IMG/VR virus record: IMGVR_UViG_3300031965_000110
Coordinates: 1-31,954 of that record
DNA from: a virus
Taxonomy: Duplodnaviria > Caudoviricetes
DNA length: 31,954 nt
Direction: 5' to 3' (one strand)
A model generated the notes under the pieces. That model searched no databases. It saw nothing but the letters and a program-made list of their open reading frames with translations, and was not told where the DNA came from. The position numbers and the translations under genes were made by a program. Shown here piece by piece: positions 22,447 through 30,947 of the stretch (within the stretch, counting starts at the first letter, position 1; each line of letters starts with the position of its first letter).

Positions 22447-24914
22447 TGGGTCTCCTGGATCAACTCTTCGAACGCCGGGACGCGTCCCTGTCACTGACGA
22501 ACTACCAGCAATGGGTCGACCTGGGCATCATCGACCAGACGGCCTCCGGGGTTTCGGTGACCCCCATGAAGGCGCTCCAGCATTCGGCCGTCTATGCCTG
22601 CGTCCGGATCCTGGCGGAGACCGTAGCCAGCCTGCCTCTGATCATGTACGAGCGGCTGGAGCGGGGGAAGCGCCGGGCGACTGAGCATCAGCTCTATGAG
22701 CTGCTGAAGGATCGCCCGAACGAGGCGATGACCTCATTCGAGTACCGCGAGGCGCTCCAGGGACACCTGGGGCTGTGGGGCAACGCGTATTCGAATGTCG
22801 TGTACGGGCCCACCGGCCAGGTGCAGGAGCTCTGGCCGCTGCGCTCCGACTGCATGCTCCAGATCGTGAAGCTCGACGGGAAGTGGGTCTATCACTATCA
22901 GCTTCCTTCGGGAGAAACACGCTGGCTCGACGAGTTCCATGTCTGGCATCTGCGCGGAATGGGCAGCGACGGCCGGATCGGTTACAGCCCCATCCGCCTG
23001 ATGAGGCACGCGATCGGCTTGGGGATGGCGGCCGAGGAATACGGGGCGCGCTTCTTCTCGAATGACGCCACGGCCGGGGTCATTCTCTCGCACCCGAAGA
23101 CTCTGAGCGATGATGCCAAGAAGCGCATTCGGGAGTCCTGGGAGGAGGGCCATCAGCCCCTGAGCAAGAAGCACCGCATGGCCATCCTCGAAGAGGGGAT
23201 GACAGCCGAGAAGATCACTATCCCCCCGGACGATGCCCAGTTCCTCGAGACCCGCAAGTTCCAGCTGCAAGAGATCGCCCGGATGTACCGCATCCCGCCT
23301 CACATGCTGGCGGATCTTGATCGCGCCACCTTCTCCAACATCGAGCACCAGTCGATCGAGTTCGTCCAACACACGATCCGCCCGTGGCTGGTCCGTTGGG
23401 AGCAGTCAATCAGCCAACGACTGATGCTGGCCAAGGACCGCGCGCGGTACTTCCCCGAGTTCCTGGTGGACGGGCTGCTCAGGGGCGACGTCGTGAGCCG
23501 CTACCAGGCCTACGCCCAGGGCCGTCAGAACGGCTGGCTCTCGGCCAACGACATTCGCGAGCTCGAGAACATGAACCCGGTCAAGGGCGGGGACGTCTAC
23601 CTCGTGCCGCTCAACATGGTGCCGGCGTCGAGCGTCTCCGGAGACATGCCGGCGGCCGCCAGCGCGCGTGCTGTTCCGCCTGGGGAGGAGGAAAGGGCGC
23701 TGCGCTCCTTCACCTATCGTCGGCGTCTGGCTCATGCTCACGAGAAGGCCTTCGCTCAGGCGGCTGCCCGGGTCCTGCGACGTGAGATCAACGACGTCCG
23801 GAAAGCGGCGGGCAAGATGCTCCGCCAGCGAGACTTGCCGGCCTTCAACCGCTGGCTGGATCAGTTCTACGCCGACCATGCAAGCTTCGTCCGGCGCGAG
23901 ATGCTTCCGGTCTACCAGACCCTCGCCGATCTCGTGGTGCAAGAGGCCTCCGACGAGGTCAACTTCGCTGGGCCGAGTGAAGGCGAGCTCGAGAAGTTCA
24001 TGCGCGAGTACGTCGAGATCTACGCCGCCCGCCACACAGGCTCGAGCAAGGGGCAGATCGAGCGGCTGCTGACCGAGTCGGTCAACGCCGGCGCCGACCT
24101 GATGGCGGCGCTCGAGGAGCGGTTCGGCGAGTGGGAGTCCACCCGGCCGGACAAGATCGCCTCCCTCGAAACGGTCCGCTCGGGGAATGCGGTGGCGAAG
24201 TTCGCCTACATGGCGGCCGGCGTCACCCTGATCCGCTTTATCGCCTCTGGCAAGAGCTGCCCCTACTGCTCGAGCCTCGATGGGAAGGTCATCTCCGTCG
24301 AGTCGAACTTCCTCGAGGAGGGGCAGGACTACCAGCCGGAAGGCACAGATGCGCCCCTGGCGCCGGGCTACAGCATCGGCCACCCGCCGGTGCACGACGG
24401 CTGCGACTGCGGGATCATGGCCGACTTCGGCCGGGCGCTCTCTGTTTCCGTGGAAACGCGAACCCAGGTTCGGCAGGTGGCAGAGAGGGTGGAAGCGATG
24501 GCTCGACCAACCGCTCAGGTGCCGGCGATCACGCTCTCGCCGCAGATCGTGGTGTCCCCGACGGACGAGGCAGCTCTCCAGGCAGTGGCGGCGAGCATCC
24601 GCCAGGCGAGCGAGCAGAGCGCCGGCGACATGGTGCAGGCCGTGGAGAAGATCCAGCGCGGCCTGGCTCTGAAGATGGCCGAGTCGGAGGCGCGGACGTC
24701 GGCGCACATGGCGGCCACGCTCGAGATGGTCGGCCGGCTGGTCGAGGCACTGCGCAATCAGGTGACCGTCGTTGAGAACCGCGTCGAGCCGACCCCGGTG
24801 ACGATCGTGAACCCGCCTACCTATCCGAAGCACATGGTCGAAGTCACTTCGATAGTGCGCGGAGAGAAGGGTCGGGCGCTCGGGACACGGTCCGAGCGGG
24901 AATACTCCGACTGA
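22446..24914 (+). CDS. HK97-family portal fused to a MuF/SPP1 gp7-like domain and a ~155-aa C-terminal extension
   Basis: SAVYACVRILAETVASLP, QFLETRKFQLQEIARMYRIPPH, NIEHQ, GGDVYLVPLNM; then CPYCSSLDGK...HPPVHDGCDC. Confidence 0.9.
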   Translation: MGLLDQLFERRDASLSLTNYQQWVDLGIIDQTASGVSVTPMKALQHSAVYACVRILAETVASLPLIMYERLERGKRRATEHQLYELLKDRPNEAMTSFEYREALQGHLGLWGNAYSNVVYGPTGQVQELWPLRSDCMLQIVKLDGKWVYHYQLPSGETRWLDEFHVWHLRGMGSDGRIGYSPIRLMRHAIGLGMAAEEYGARFFSNDATAGVILSHPKTLSDDAKKRIRESWEEGHQPLSKKHRMAILEEGMTAEKITIPPDDAQFLETRKFQLQEIARMYRIPPHMLADLDRATFSNIEHQSIEFVQHTIRPWLVRWEQSISQRLMLAKDRARYFPEFLVDGLLRGDVVSRYQAYAQGRQNGWLSANDIRELENMNPVKGGDVYLVPLNMVPASSVSGDMPAAASARAVPPGEEERALRSFTYRRRLAHAHEKAFAQAAARVLRREINDVRKAAGKMLRQRDLPAFNRWLDQFYADHASFVRREMLPVYQTLADLVVQEASDEVNFAGPSEGELEKFMREYVEIYAARHTGSSKGQIERLLTESVNAGADLMAALEERFGEWESTRPDKIASLETVRSGNAVAKFAYMAAGVTLIRFIASGKSCPYCSSLDGKVISVESNFLEEGQDYQPEGTDAPLAPGYSIGHPPVHDGCDCGIMADFGRALSVSVETRTQVRQVAERVEAMARPTAQVPAITLSPQIVVSPTDEAALQAVAASIRQASEQSAGDMVQAVEKIQRGLALKMAESEARTSAHMAATLEMVGRLVEALRNQVTVVENRVEPTPVTIVNPPTYPKHMVEVTSIVRGEKGRALGTRSEREYSD
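24443..24458. promoter_or_regulatory. parS-like palindrome TGTTTCCGTGGAAACG (encodes VSVET)
   Basis: GTTTCC-N2-GGAAAC just after the MuF CxC motif. Confidence 0.55.
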
Positions 24915-24928
24915 AGCAGGGAGGCCAA

Positions 24929-25084
24929 ATGGACACAACTGAGACCGATCTTCCGGAAGAGCCCAAGCATCACGTTCTGGAAGTCCAGAGCGCAACGATT
25001 TGCAGCACAGCCGAGGTGAAGGCCGCCGAGATAGAGGCCCCGGAAGAGGCCGAGGAGAAGGACGATGGGCAAAGCAGCTCCTGA
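24929..25084 (+). CDS. 51-aa acidic microprotein (absent from the ORF track)
   Basis: GGGAGG RBS; MDTTETDLPEEPKHHVLEVQSATICSTAEVKAAEIEAPEEAEEKDDGQSSS*. Confidence 0.55.
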   Translation: MDTTETDLPEEPKHHVLEVQSATICSTAEVKAAEIEAPEEAEEKDDGQSSS

Positions 25085-25448
25085 CGCGGTGCTGGACAAG
25101 ATCCTCACCGAGATTTGCACGGCCACCCGGCTGTGCGTCTGTGCTGGGCAGCCGACAACTTATGCCGAGGCCATCACTACGTTCAAGTTGGCAGACGTGG
25201 ACCTGACCGCTGGCGACGGAAACGGGGATTACGTCATCGGCAACGGTGACACCAACGGGCGCAAGGTCCGAGTGGGGGCGCAGGCTGCCACGCCGATCGA
25301 CACCACTGGGGACGCGGACCACGTTGCCCTGGTGCGGGTGTCGGACACCACGCTGATCTTCGTTACCACCTGCACGCTTCAGACCCTCACGGCGCTCGGC
25401 ACGGTGGACGTTCCGGTGTGGGATATCGAAGTCGCGGACCCGACGTGA
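25065..25448 (+). CDS. Small beta-rich virion structural protein (fibre/decoration-like)
   Basis: 127 aa, Thr/Asp/Val-rich, GQPTTYAEA, TGDADHVALV, WDIEVADP; AAGGA RBS. Confidence 0.6.
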   Translation: MGKAAPDAVLDKILTEICTATRLCVCAGQPTTYAEAITTFKLADVDLTAGDGNGDYVIGNGDTNGRKVRVGAQAATPIDTTGDADHVALVRVSDTTLIFVTTCTLQTLTALGTVDVPVWDIEVADPT

Positions 25449-26152
25449 GACGCCTGATCCCGGTCCTCATCCTCGGCCTCGCCGCTGTCGCCTTCGGTGG
25501 CTTTGCTACGGCGGAGCCCGTCGCGGTGAGGCAGGTGTTGACTACTCCAACGGCTACGCCATGTCCCTGCCCCGTTGTGAGGGCAACGGCCACATCCTCT
25601 CCGATAGCGACACCGGAGCCGACCAGCACGCCAGAACCGTCGCAATCGGGAACGAACCTGCTTGTCAACGGGGACTTCGCGGGGGGCTTCGATGGCTGGC
25701 AGTTTGTGAACGGCTACTGGACCGTCCACTCTCCGATTTCCTGCGAGCCGACCGGCACAAGCTATGCCCAAATGGACCGTGATATAGCGGGCCTCGATGA
25801 TTGGCCTATCGGGGGAAAGGATTGGCTGTGGCAGGACGTGGCGGCCTCTGTAGAACACGGCACGGTCGTGTTCCGCATGATTGAGGCGCATCACATGCAC
25901 GAGGGTCTGGCCGAGGTCACGATCTATGGACAGGTAGGCTGGGACGAGCCGTGGGAGGTGGTGTTCCACAGGCCCGGCGTAGAGAGTCCGTTCGGCACTG
26001 GCAAGTGCAGTTTTGTCGGCCCGCCAGCCGCCTTTGAGTACATTATCCCGGCCGAAAAGGCGTACACGACCTACCGCCTGGAGATTCGTGGGCACCTGGT
26101 TGACCCGGAGGACGCCTTCCTGTTCGGTGGCTTTCACTTGGGCGTGAACTAA
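25445..26152 (+). CDS. Secreted/membrane-anchored protein: signal peptide, Pro/Thr linker, CBM-like jelly roll
   Basis: MRRLIPVLILGLAAVAFGGFATA, TPTATP...TPEPTSTPEP, NLLVNGDF..G.DGW. Confidence 0.65.
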   Translation: MRRLIPVLILGLAAVAFGGFATAEPVAVRQVLTTPTATPCPCPVVRATATSSPIATPEPTSTPEPSQSGTNLLVNGDFAGGFDGWQFVNGYWTVHSPISCEPTGTSYAQMDRDIAGLDDWPIGGKDWLWQDVAASVEHGTVVFRMIEAHHMHEGLAEVTIYGQVGWDEPWEVVFHRPGVESPFGTGKCSFVGPPAAFEYIIPAEKAYTTYRLEIRGHLVDPEDAFLFGGFHLGVN

Positions 26153-26155
26153 AGC

Positions 26156-27331
26156 GTGCCTTTCTTCGCGGACAACTTCACTGATACTGACGCCGTTCGG
26201 TTGGAAGACCACACGCCGGATACCGGCACGTCCTGGACGAGGCTGTGGGGTTCGGCTGCCGGCCTACAGTGGATCATCACCTCCAATCGGGCGGGGTCCG
26301 AGACGGACGTAAACGACGGCGTTATCTATACCGCCGACGCGACCCCTCCGAGCGCCGACTATGACGTGATCTTCACGGTGGTGGGCTTGGGGGCGAGCGT
26401 CGCCCGCCCCATGTACATCTTCGTCCGCGTCCAGGACGTGGATAACTTGTACGGGGTAAAGTTGGCGATAGGCACAAGCGTCTGCCAACTCTACAAGAAG
26501 GTATCTGGCACCTGGACCGCTTTGGGAACGGCCTTCGACGAACCGGCCAATGGCTCGGTCTGCAAGTTGGAGATCATCGGCGGCGCGCTCAAGTTCTACG
26601 ATGATGGCGTAGAGGTCGCCAGCGCCACCGACGGCGACATCACGGTGGCGGGCAAGGCGGGCATCGGTTCGGGCGGCGGCGCGGAGTTGGTCGACACGAC
26701 CGATGATGCACATGCCGCCAACATCATCGACACGCTAACGGCAAACGACTTGGCCGGAGGTGCGGCCCAGCTCGTCGTCCAGGACGCGACGCTTGCTCTT
26801 GCCGCAGATAGCGTTGCCCTCACACAGCACAACGCCTTGGTGGTGGCGGATGCTCTGCTGGCTCTTGCCGCCGAGAGTCCCGCGCTCACACAACACAATC
26901 TGCTCGCAGTTGCCGACGCGCTTCTTGCCCTTGGCGTAGATAGTCCCGCCCTGACGCAACACAACGCCCTGGCAGTCGCGGACGCGCTGCTCGCTCTGGC
27001 GGCGGATGGCGTAGTCCTTACCCAGCACAACGTCATCGCCGTAGCCGATGCAGTCTTGGCCCTGGTTGCTGACGGCGTCGTTCTGGTGTTGCCGGGGGTT
27101 CTTGAACCCCAAGACGCCACCGTCGCCCTAGTCGTGGACAACGTAGCCCTGGTGCAACACGGGGTGCTGGTGGTGCAGGATGCAACCATCGGCCTGACGG
27201 CGGACACGGTTGACTTCGCTGGCCCGCTACCAATCCCATCGACGGGCGGCGGGCTGCCGAGGCCCATGCGTGTCCGATGGCCGGAAGAGGAAATCGAGGC
27301 CGAATCCGAGGAGTTGCTCTTGCTCCTCTGA
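26156..27331 (+). CDS. Putative fibre protein: N-terminal beta-sandwich, seven 22-aa repeats, acidic/Leu C-terminus
   Basis: FADNFTDTD...GKAGI domain, (LVVQDATLALAADSVALTQHNA)-like x7, ends EEEIEAESEELLLLL. Confidence 0.65.
   Translation: MPFFADNFTDTDAVRLEDHTPDTGTSWTRLWGSAAGLQWIITSNRAGSETDVNDGVIYTADATPPSADYDVIFTVVGLGASVARPMYIFVRVQDVDNLYGVKLAIGTSVCQLYKKVSGTWTALGTAFDEPANGSVCKLEIIGGALKFYDDGVEVASATDGDITVAGKAGIGSGGGAELVDTTDDAHAANIIDTLTANDLAGGAAQLVVQDATLALAADSVALTQHNALVVADALLALAAESPALTQHNLLAVADALLALGVDSPALTQHNALAVADALLALAADGVVLTQHNVIAVADAVLALVADGVVLVLPGVLEPQDATVALVVDNVALVQHGVLVVQDATIGLTADTVDFAGPLPIPSTGGGLPRPMRVRWPEEEIEAESEELLLLL
26771..27232 (+). repeat. Seven degenerate 66-nt (22-aa) tandem repeats
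   Basis: Periodic LxVxDAxLALxxDxxxLxQHxx in translation; synonymous positions diverged. Confidence 0.85.
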
Positions 27332-27349
27332 CGGTGTAGAATACTCTCG

Positions 27350-27439
27350 ACAACCTACGCACCCCCGCAAGATGTGGGCGGGGGCAAGACTGGAGCTGAG
27401 CGCCCAGTCGTTTCCCGAAAGGGAGCGGCTGGGCGTTTT
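27350..27439 (+). promoter_or_regulatory. Late-operon leader element, copy 2
   Basis: Homologous to 19670-19762; -10-like TAGAAT at 27337-27342; hairpin 2 followed by TTTT. Confidence 0.65.
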
Positions 27440-27462
27440 CGTTTGCGATGGGGAGGGTGAAG

Positions 27463-28134
27463 ATGACGAAACTCAATGGGCGCGAGGAAACGATCAGTCC
27501 TGTCTTGCCGGATCGGGAAGTCAGGATCTTCCATGTTGCCGAGCTGCGCGTCGCCGGCGAAGAGGGCGCCCCGACCATTGAGGGCCAGGCCGTGGTCTAC
27601 GACCAGCCATCGGTGGACCTTGGCTTCATCGAGACGATCGAGCCCGGGTTCTTCGAGGGCGCACTGGAAGGCGACACGCGAGCCCTGTTCAATCACGATC
27701 CGAACTACGTCCTCGGCCGCCGTCCAGCCGGCACGCTCGAGCTGAATGACGGCCCCCAGGCTCTGAGTGTGGTCATCAAGCCCCCGGCGACGGGCCTGGT
27801 CAACGACATGGTTCTGGAGCCGATGCGCCGGGGGGATATCGATCAGATGTCGTTCCAGTGGACCACGAAGCCGGATGGGGACATCTGGCGGATCGAAGAA
27901 GGCAAGATGTACCGCACGTTGAAGAAGGGCGGATGCGCCGAGCTGTACGACGTCTCCGTCGTCACTTTCCCTGCCTATCCCCAGACGAGCGCCCAGGTGC
28001 GTTCCAAGCTGATCGAGCTGCAGTCCCAGATCCGGCCCGCCGGCGGGCAGGGGCCCGTTGCCGAAGAGGCAAAGCTGGCGCAGGAGCGCCACGCGCATCG
28101 GAGACGGCGGCTGGAGCTGTCATCCAAACGATAA
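27463..28134 (+). CDS. HK97-family prohead protease
   Basis: IEGQAVVYD, FIETIEPG, ALFNHD, QMSF, LYDVSVVTFPAY; GGGAGG RBS. Confidence 0.93.
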   Translation: MTKLNGREETISPVLPDREVRIFHVAELRVAGEEGAPTIEGQAVVYDQPSVDLGFIETIEPGFFEGALEGDTRALFNHDPNYVLGRRPAGTLELNDGPQALSVVIKPPATGLVNDMVLEPMRRGDIDQMSFQWTTKPDGDIWRIEEGKMYRTLKKGGCAELYDVSVVTFPAYPQTSAQVRSKLIELQSQIRPAGGQGPVAEEAKLAQERHAHRRRRLELSSKR

Positions 28135-28147
28135 GGAGAACACGCAC

Positions 28148-29407
28148 ATGAAGACCAATCCGCGGGAGCTTCGCTCCCAAAGGGAAGACCTGCTCAAGCA
28201 GGCCATCGCGCTGGTGGATGGCGCCGAGGACGAGAAGCGTGATTTCTCGGCAACCGAGCAGACGAAGTACGACGGCCTCCTGTCCGAGGCCGAGGCCCTG
28301 CTCAAGCGTGCCGAGCGCGCCGAGAGCATGACCGGGCTGGAGGCCAGCCTGGCCAGTGGTAGGGCGCCGGCGTTCAACCGGACCAGGCTGGGCGACAGTG
28401 AGGCCCGGGCCCTGGGCGCGTTCTTCCGCACCGGCGACAAGGGCGCTGTGCGGGAAATGGCCTTCACCGACCAGGAGGGCGGGAAGGCGATCGACGGCGT
28501 GGAGATCACTCTGCCGCGCACCGGCCCCGGTGGTGAGATGCGCGCTGTCGTCGACAGCACGATGAACATCACCACGGCGGCCGACGGCGGCGCGGCGGTG
28601 CCGACCGGTTTCGCCGGCGCGATCGCCATGCGCCGGAACGAGGTCGACCTGACCCCCAAGCTGGGATGCCGCAACATCCCGGGCAAGGGGACCACGGTCA
28701 ACTACCCCTTCGAGAACGCCGCCCCGAATGTCTTCGCCACGGCGGCGGAGCAGATCGACGCGGGGACGGCCAAGTTCGAGCGGGATGCGGCCGTGCTGGG
28801 CACGAAGGCCTTCACGCTGGCGAAGAAGGCCCGTCGCGTAGAGCTTACGGAGGAATTGCTCGACGACGAAGACGTGGTCATCATGGACTTCGTCTCCGAC
28901 TGGATCGGCCGGCAGATCGGTCTCACCCGCAACACGATGCTGGCCACCGAGGTCGCGGCCAACGGCGCGAGCCTCAAGACCTTTGCCAGCGCAAGCGCGA
29001 TAGCCGCGGGGGAACCAGAGGCCATCGTGTTCAACGGCGATCTTGGGTTCTACCTGGACGACGCCTCGCCTGGGAAGTGGCTGATGCGCAACCCGACCTT
29101 CGGGGCCATCGCCTCGATCACGGGCAACCCGCGGCTTTACGCGGAGACGCCGGGCGGATCCTTCGCCCACGAGATCCTGGGCTACCAGGTCCTGCTGTCG
29201 ACGGCGGTCGCGGCCACCGCAGCCAGTGCCAAGGACGTGATGTTCGGCAACTGGTTCTACGTCGGCTTCCGCGAGGATCCGGCGCTGCGGTTGATTCGCG
29301 ATCCGTATTCTGTGGACGGGCTTGTGATCCTGAAGTACTCCTTCCGCGCGGTGTACGGCGTGCTGCAGGCCGCCGCCATCGGCTACGGTGTTCATCCCTC
29401 GGCCTAG
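28148..29407 (+). CDS. Major capsid protein, HK97 fold with N-terminal delta domain
   Basis: AAGGAG RBS, coiled-coil N-terminus, DGGAAVP, LTEELLDD, WLM, ILGYQV, FGNW, RLIRDPY. Confidence 0.92.
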   Translation: MKTNPRELRSQREDLLKQAIALVDGAEDEKRDFSATEQTKYDGLLSEAEALLKRAERAESMTGLEASLASGRAPAFNRTRLGDSEARALGAFFRTGDKGAVREMAFTDQEGGKAIDGVEITLPRTGPGGEMRAVVDSTMNITTAADGGAAVPTGFAGAIAMRRNEVDLTPKLGCRNIPGKGTTVNYPFENAAPNVFATAAEQIDAGTAKFERDAAVLGTKAFTLAKKARRVELTEELLDDEDVVIMDFVSDWIGRQIGLTRNTMLATEVAANGASLKTFASASAIAAGEPEAIVFNGDLGFYLDDASPGKWLMRNPTFGAIASITGNPRLYAETPGGSFAHEILGYQVLLSTAVAATAASAKDVMFGNWFYVGFREDPALRLIRDPYSVDGLVILKYSFRAVYGVLQAAAIGYGVHPSA

Positions 29408-29433
29408 TGAGCCGACGGAGCCCTGACGAATGT

Positions 29434-29469
29434 AGAGGGGGAGGGACGAACATCCATCCCTCCCCCTCT
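29434..29469 (+). other. 13-bp hairpin downstream of the capsid gene (no U-tract)
   Basis: AGAGGGGGAGGGA-N10-TCCCTCCCCCTCT. Confidence 0.6.
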
Positions 29470-29479
29470 CGGAGAAGCG

Positions 29480-30304
29480 ATGCCGAAGTCCGGGATCTAC
29501 GCCATCGAGAACACGGTGAATGGCAAGACCTACATTGGGTCCGCCGCGTCATTGGTGGGGCGCAGGCGCTCGCACTTCAGCATGCTGAGAAGGCACACGC
29601 ACTGCAATCGTCATCTACAGCGCTCCTACGACAAACACGGCGAAAGCGCATTCCGGTTCGCCGTTCTCGCGTACTGCGATCCTGGCGATCTAGTCCGCCT
29701 GGAGCAGAGCTTCATCGATGGGTTTCGACCTGAGTACAACATTGCTAAGGACGCTCGAGCCCCTATGCTGGGCAGAAGGCACACAAAAGATGCCAAGAAG
29801 AGAATCAGCGCAGGCGGTAGGGGCCAGCGTCGTTCGGAAGAAACAAGGCGAAGGATAAGCGCCGCCCAAAAGGGCCAGAAGCGGGGACCGCTTCCGGAGT
29901 CCACGCGCCGCAAGATTAGTGAGGCGATGCAGGGTAATACGCACTGCCTTGGGAACAAGCTATCAGAAGAGCACCGAAGAAAGATTAGCGAGGCGGGGGT
30001 TGGGAATACGAGGTCTCTTGGGCATCATCCATCAGCAGAAACGCGGCGCAGGATGAGCGCGGCCGCGATGGGAAACAAGAACTCTCTCGGTATTCACCCC
30101 TCGGAAGAGACGCGGCGCAAACTGAGCGAGGCGGGCACAAGAAGGGTTTATTCCGAAAATGATAGACGGGCGATCAGCGAAGGTCTCATGGGTAGGCCCG
30201 TTTCCGAAGAGACACGGCGAAAGATAAGCGCGGCACTAAGAGGTAAGGGCAAGCCTTGGAGCCCCGCGCGTCGTGATGCCTGGGAAGCGAAGAGGGATTG
30301 CTGA
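29480..30304 (+). CDS. Free-standing GIY-YIG homing endonuclease with NUMOD3-type repeats
   Basis: SGIYAIENTVNGKTYIGS, H.NRHLQRSYDKHG, YNI; repeated SEETRRKIS motifs. Confidence 0.9.
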   Translation: MPKSGIYAIENTVNGKTYIGSAASLVGRRRSHFSMLRRHTHCNRHLQRSYDKHGESAFRFAVLAYCDPGDLVRLEQSFIDGFRPEYNIAKDARAPMLGRRHTKDAKKRISAGGRGQRRSEETRRRISAAQKGQKRGPLPESTRRKISEAMQGNTHCLGNKLSEEHRRKISEAGVGNTRSLGHHPSAETRRRMSAAAMGNKNSLGIHPSEETRRKLSEAGTRRVYSENDRRAISEGLMGRPVSEETRRKISAALRGKGKPWSPARRDAWEAKRDC

Positions 30305-30308
30305 GGGG

Positions 30309-30947
30309 ATGAAGAGCGTGCTTGTCTTCACCCCCGTCCTACGCCTGGAGCCCGAAACGGTCCGGGCGTTGATGGCGTTGGAGTGGCCTGGTCCCCTTTC
30401 GATGCTACTCCAGCGGGACAATCCCTCGGGCGACCGCGTGCGGGACCATCTGCACCAGTACCAGCGCGGGCGGGAGGCGTTCCTGCGTGGCCCCTACGAC
30501 GCCATGTTGGTCGTGGAGGCGGACATCGTGCCGCCGGCCGACACGCTCATCGAGCTGGCCTCCTTGGACTGCGACGTCGCCTACGGCTGCACCGTGTTCC
30601 GCAACAAGGCGTGGTCGCACGTGGTGAACATCCTGGAGCGCTATCCCGGCCAGGCCCGCAACACGGGCGAGAGTCTCACCATCCGGGGTCTGTGGCAGGA
30701 AGCGCTGCGCCAGGGGGTAATCGAGTGCAGCGGATCCGGCCTGGCGTGCGTCCTGATCAAGCGCCACGTCCTCGAGGCGATCGAGTTCCGCGTCGAGGAC
30801 GGGACCTACTGCGACAACTGGTGGACCCGGGATGTCTACGCGGCAGGCTACACCATGAAGGCCTCGACCCGAGTCCTGTGCGATCACATCGACGAAGACG
30901 GGACCGTGCTGCGGCCGGAGCCTATGGAAAAGGAGCGTGTGTCATGA
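30309..30947 (+). CDS. GT-A fold (GT2-like) glycosyltransferase
   Basis: VLVFTP, YDAMLVVEADIVPP (DxD-like), GSGLACVLIKRHVLE, CD..W....AGY, LCDH. Confidence 0.72.
   Translation: MKSVLVFTPVLRLEPETVRALMALEWPGPLSMLLQRDNPSGDRVRDHLHQYQRGREAFLRGPYDAMLVVEADIVPPADTLIELASLDCDVAYGCTVFRNKAWSHVVNILERYPGQARNTGESLTIRGLWQEALRQGVIECSGSGLACVLIKRHVLEAIEFRVEDGTYCDNWWTRDVYAAGYTMKASTRVLCDHIDEDGTVLRPEPMEKERVS

Noticed and set aside
23406-25322. Long minus-strand ORFs (638 aa here; also 27962-29395, 5308-6288, 9215-10174 and others)
   Set aside because: Antisense shadows of well-supported + strand genes in high-GC DNA, with Arg/Pro/Gly-rich, motif-free translations.
26771-27232. CRISPR array (also considered for 31085-31208 and 14585-14644)
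   Set aside because: These are in-frame coding tandem repeats without unique spacers; no cas genes.
27410-27428. Sixth parS-like site
   Set aside because: Only the left half (GTTTCCCG) is present; the right arm is GGGAGC, which preserves RNA pairing via G-U but not the DNA dyad.
29408-30308. Group I intron carrying the GIY-YIG gene
   Set aside because: The capsid ORF ends normally before it, the next gene has its own start, and the flanks are too short for an intron core.
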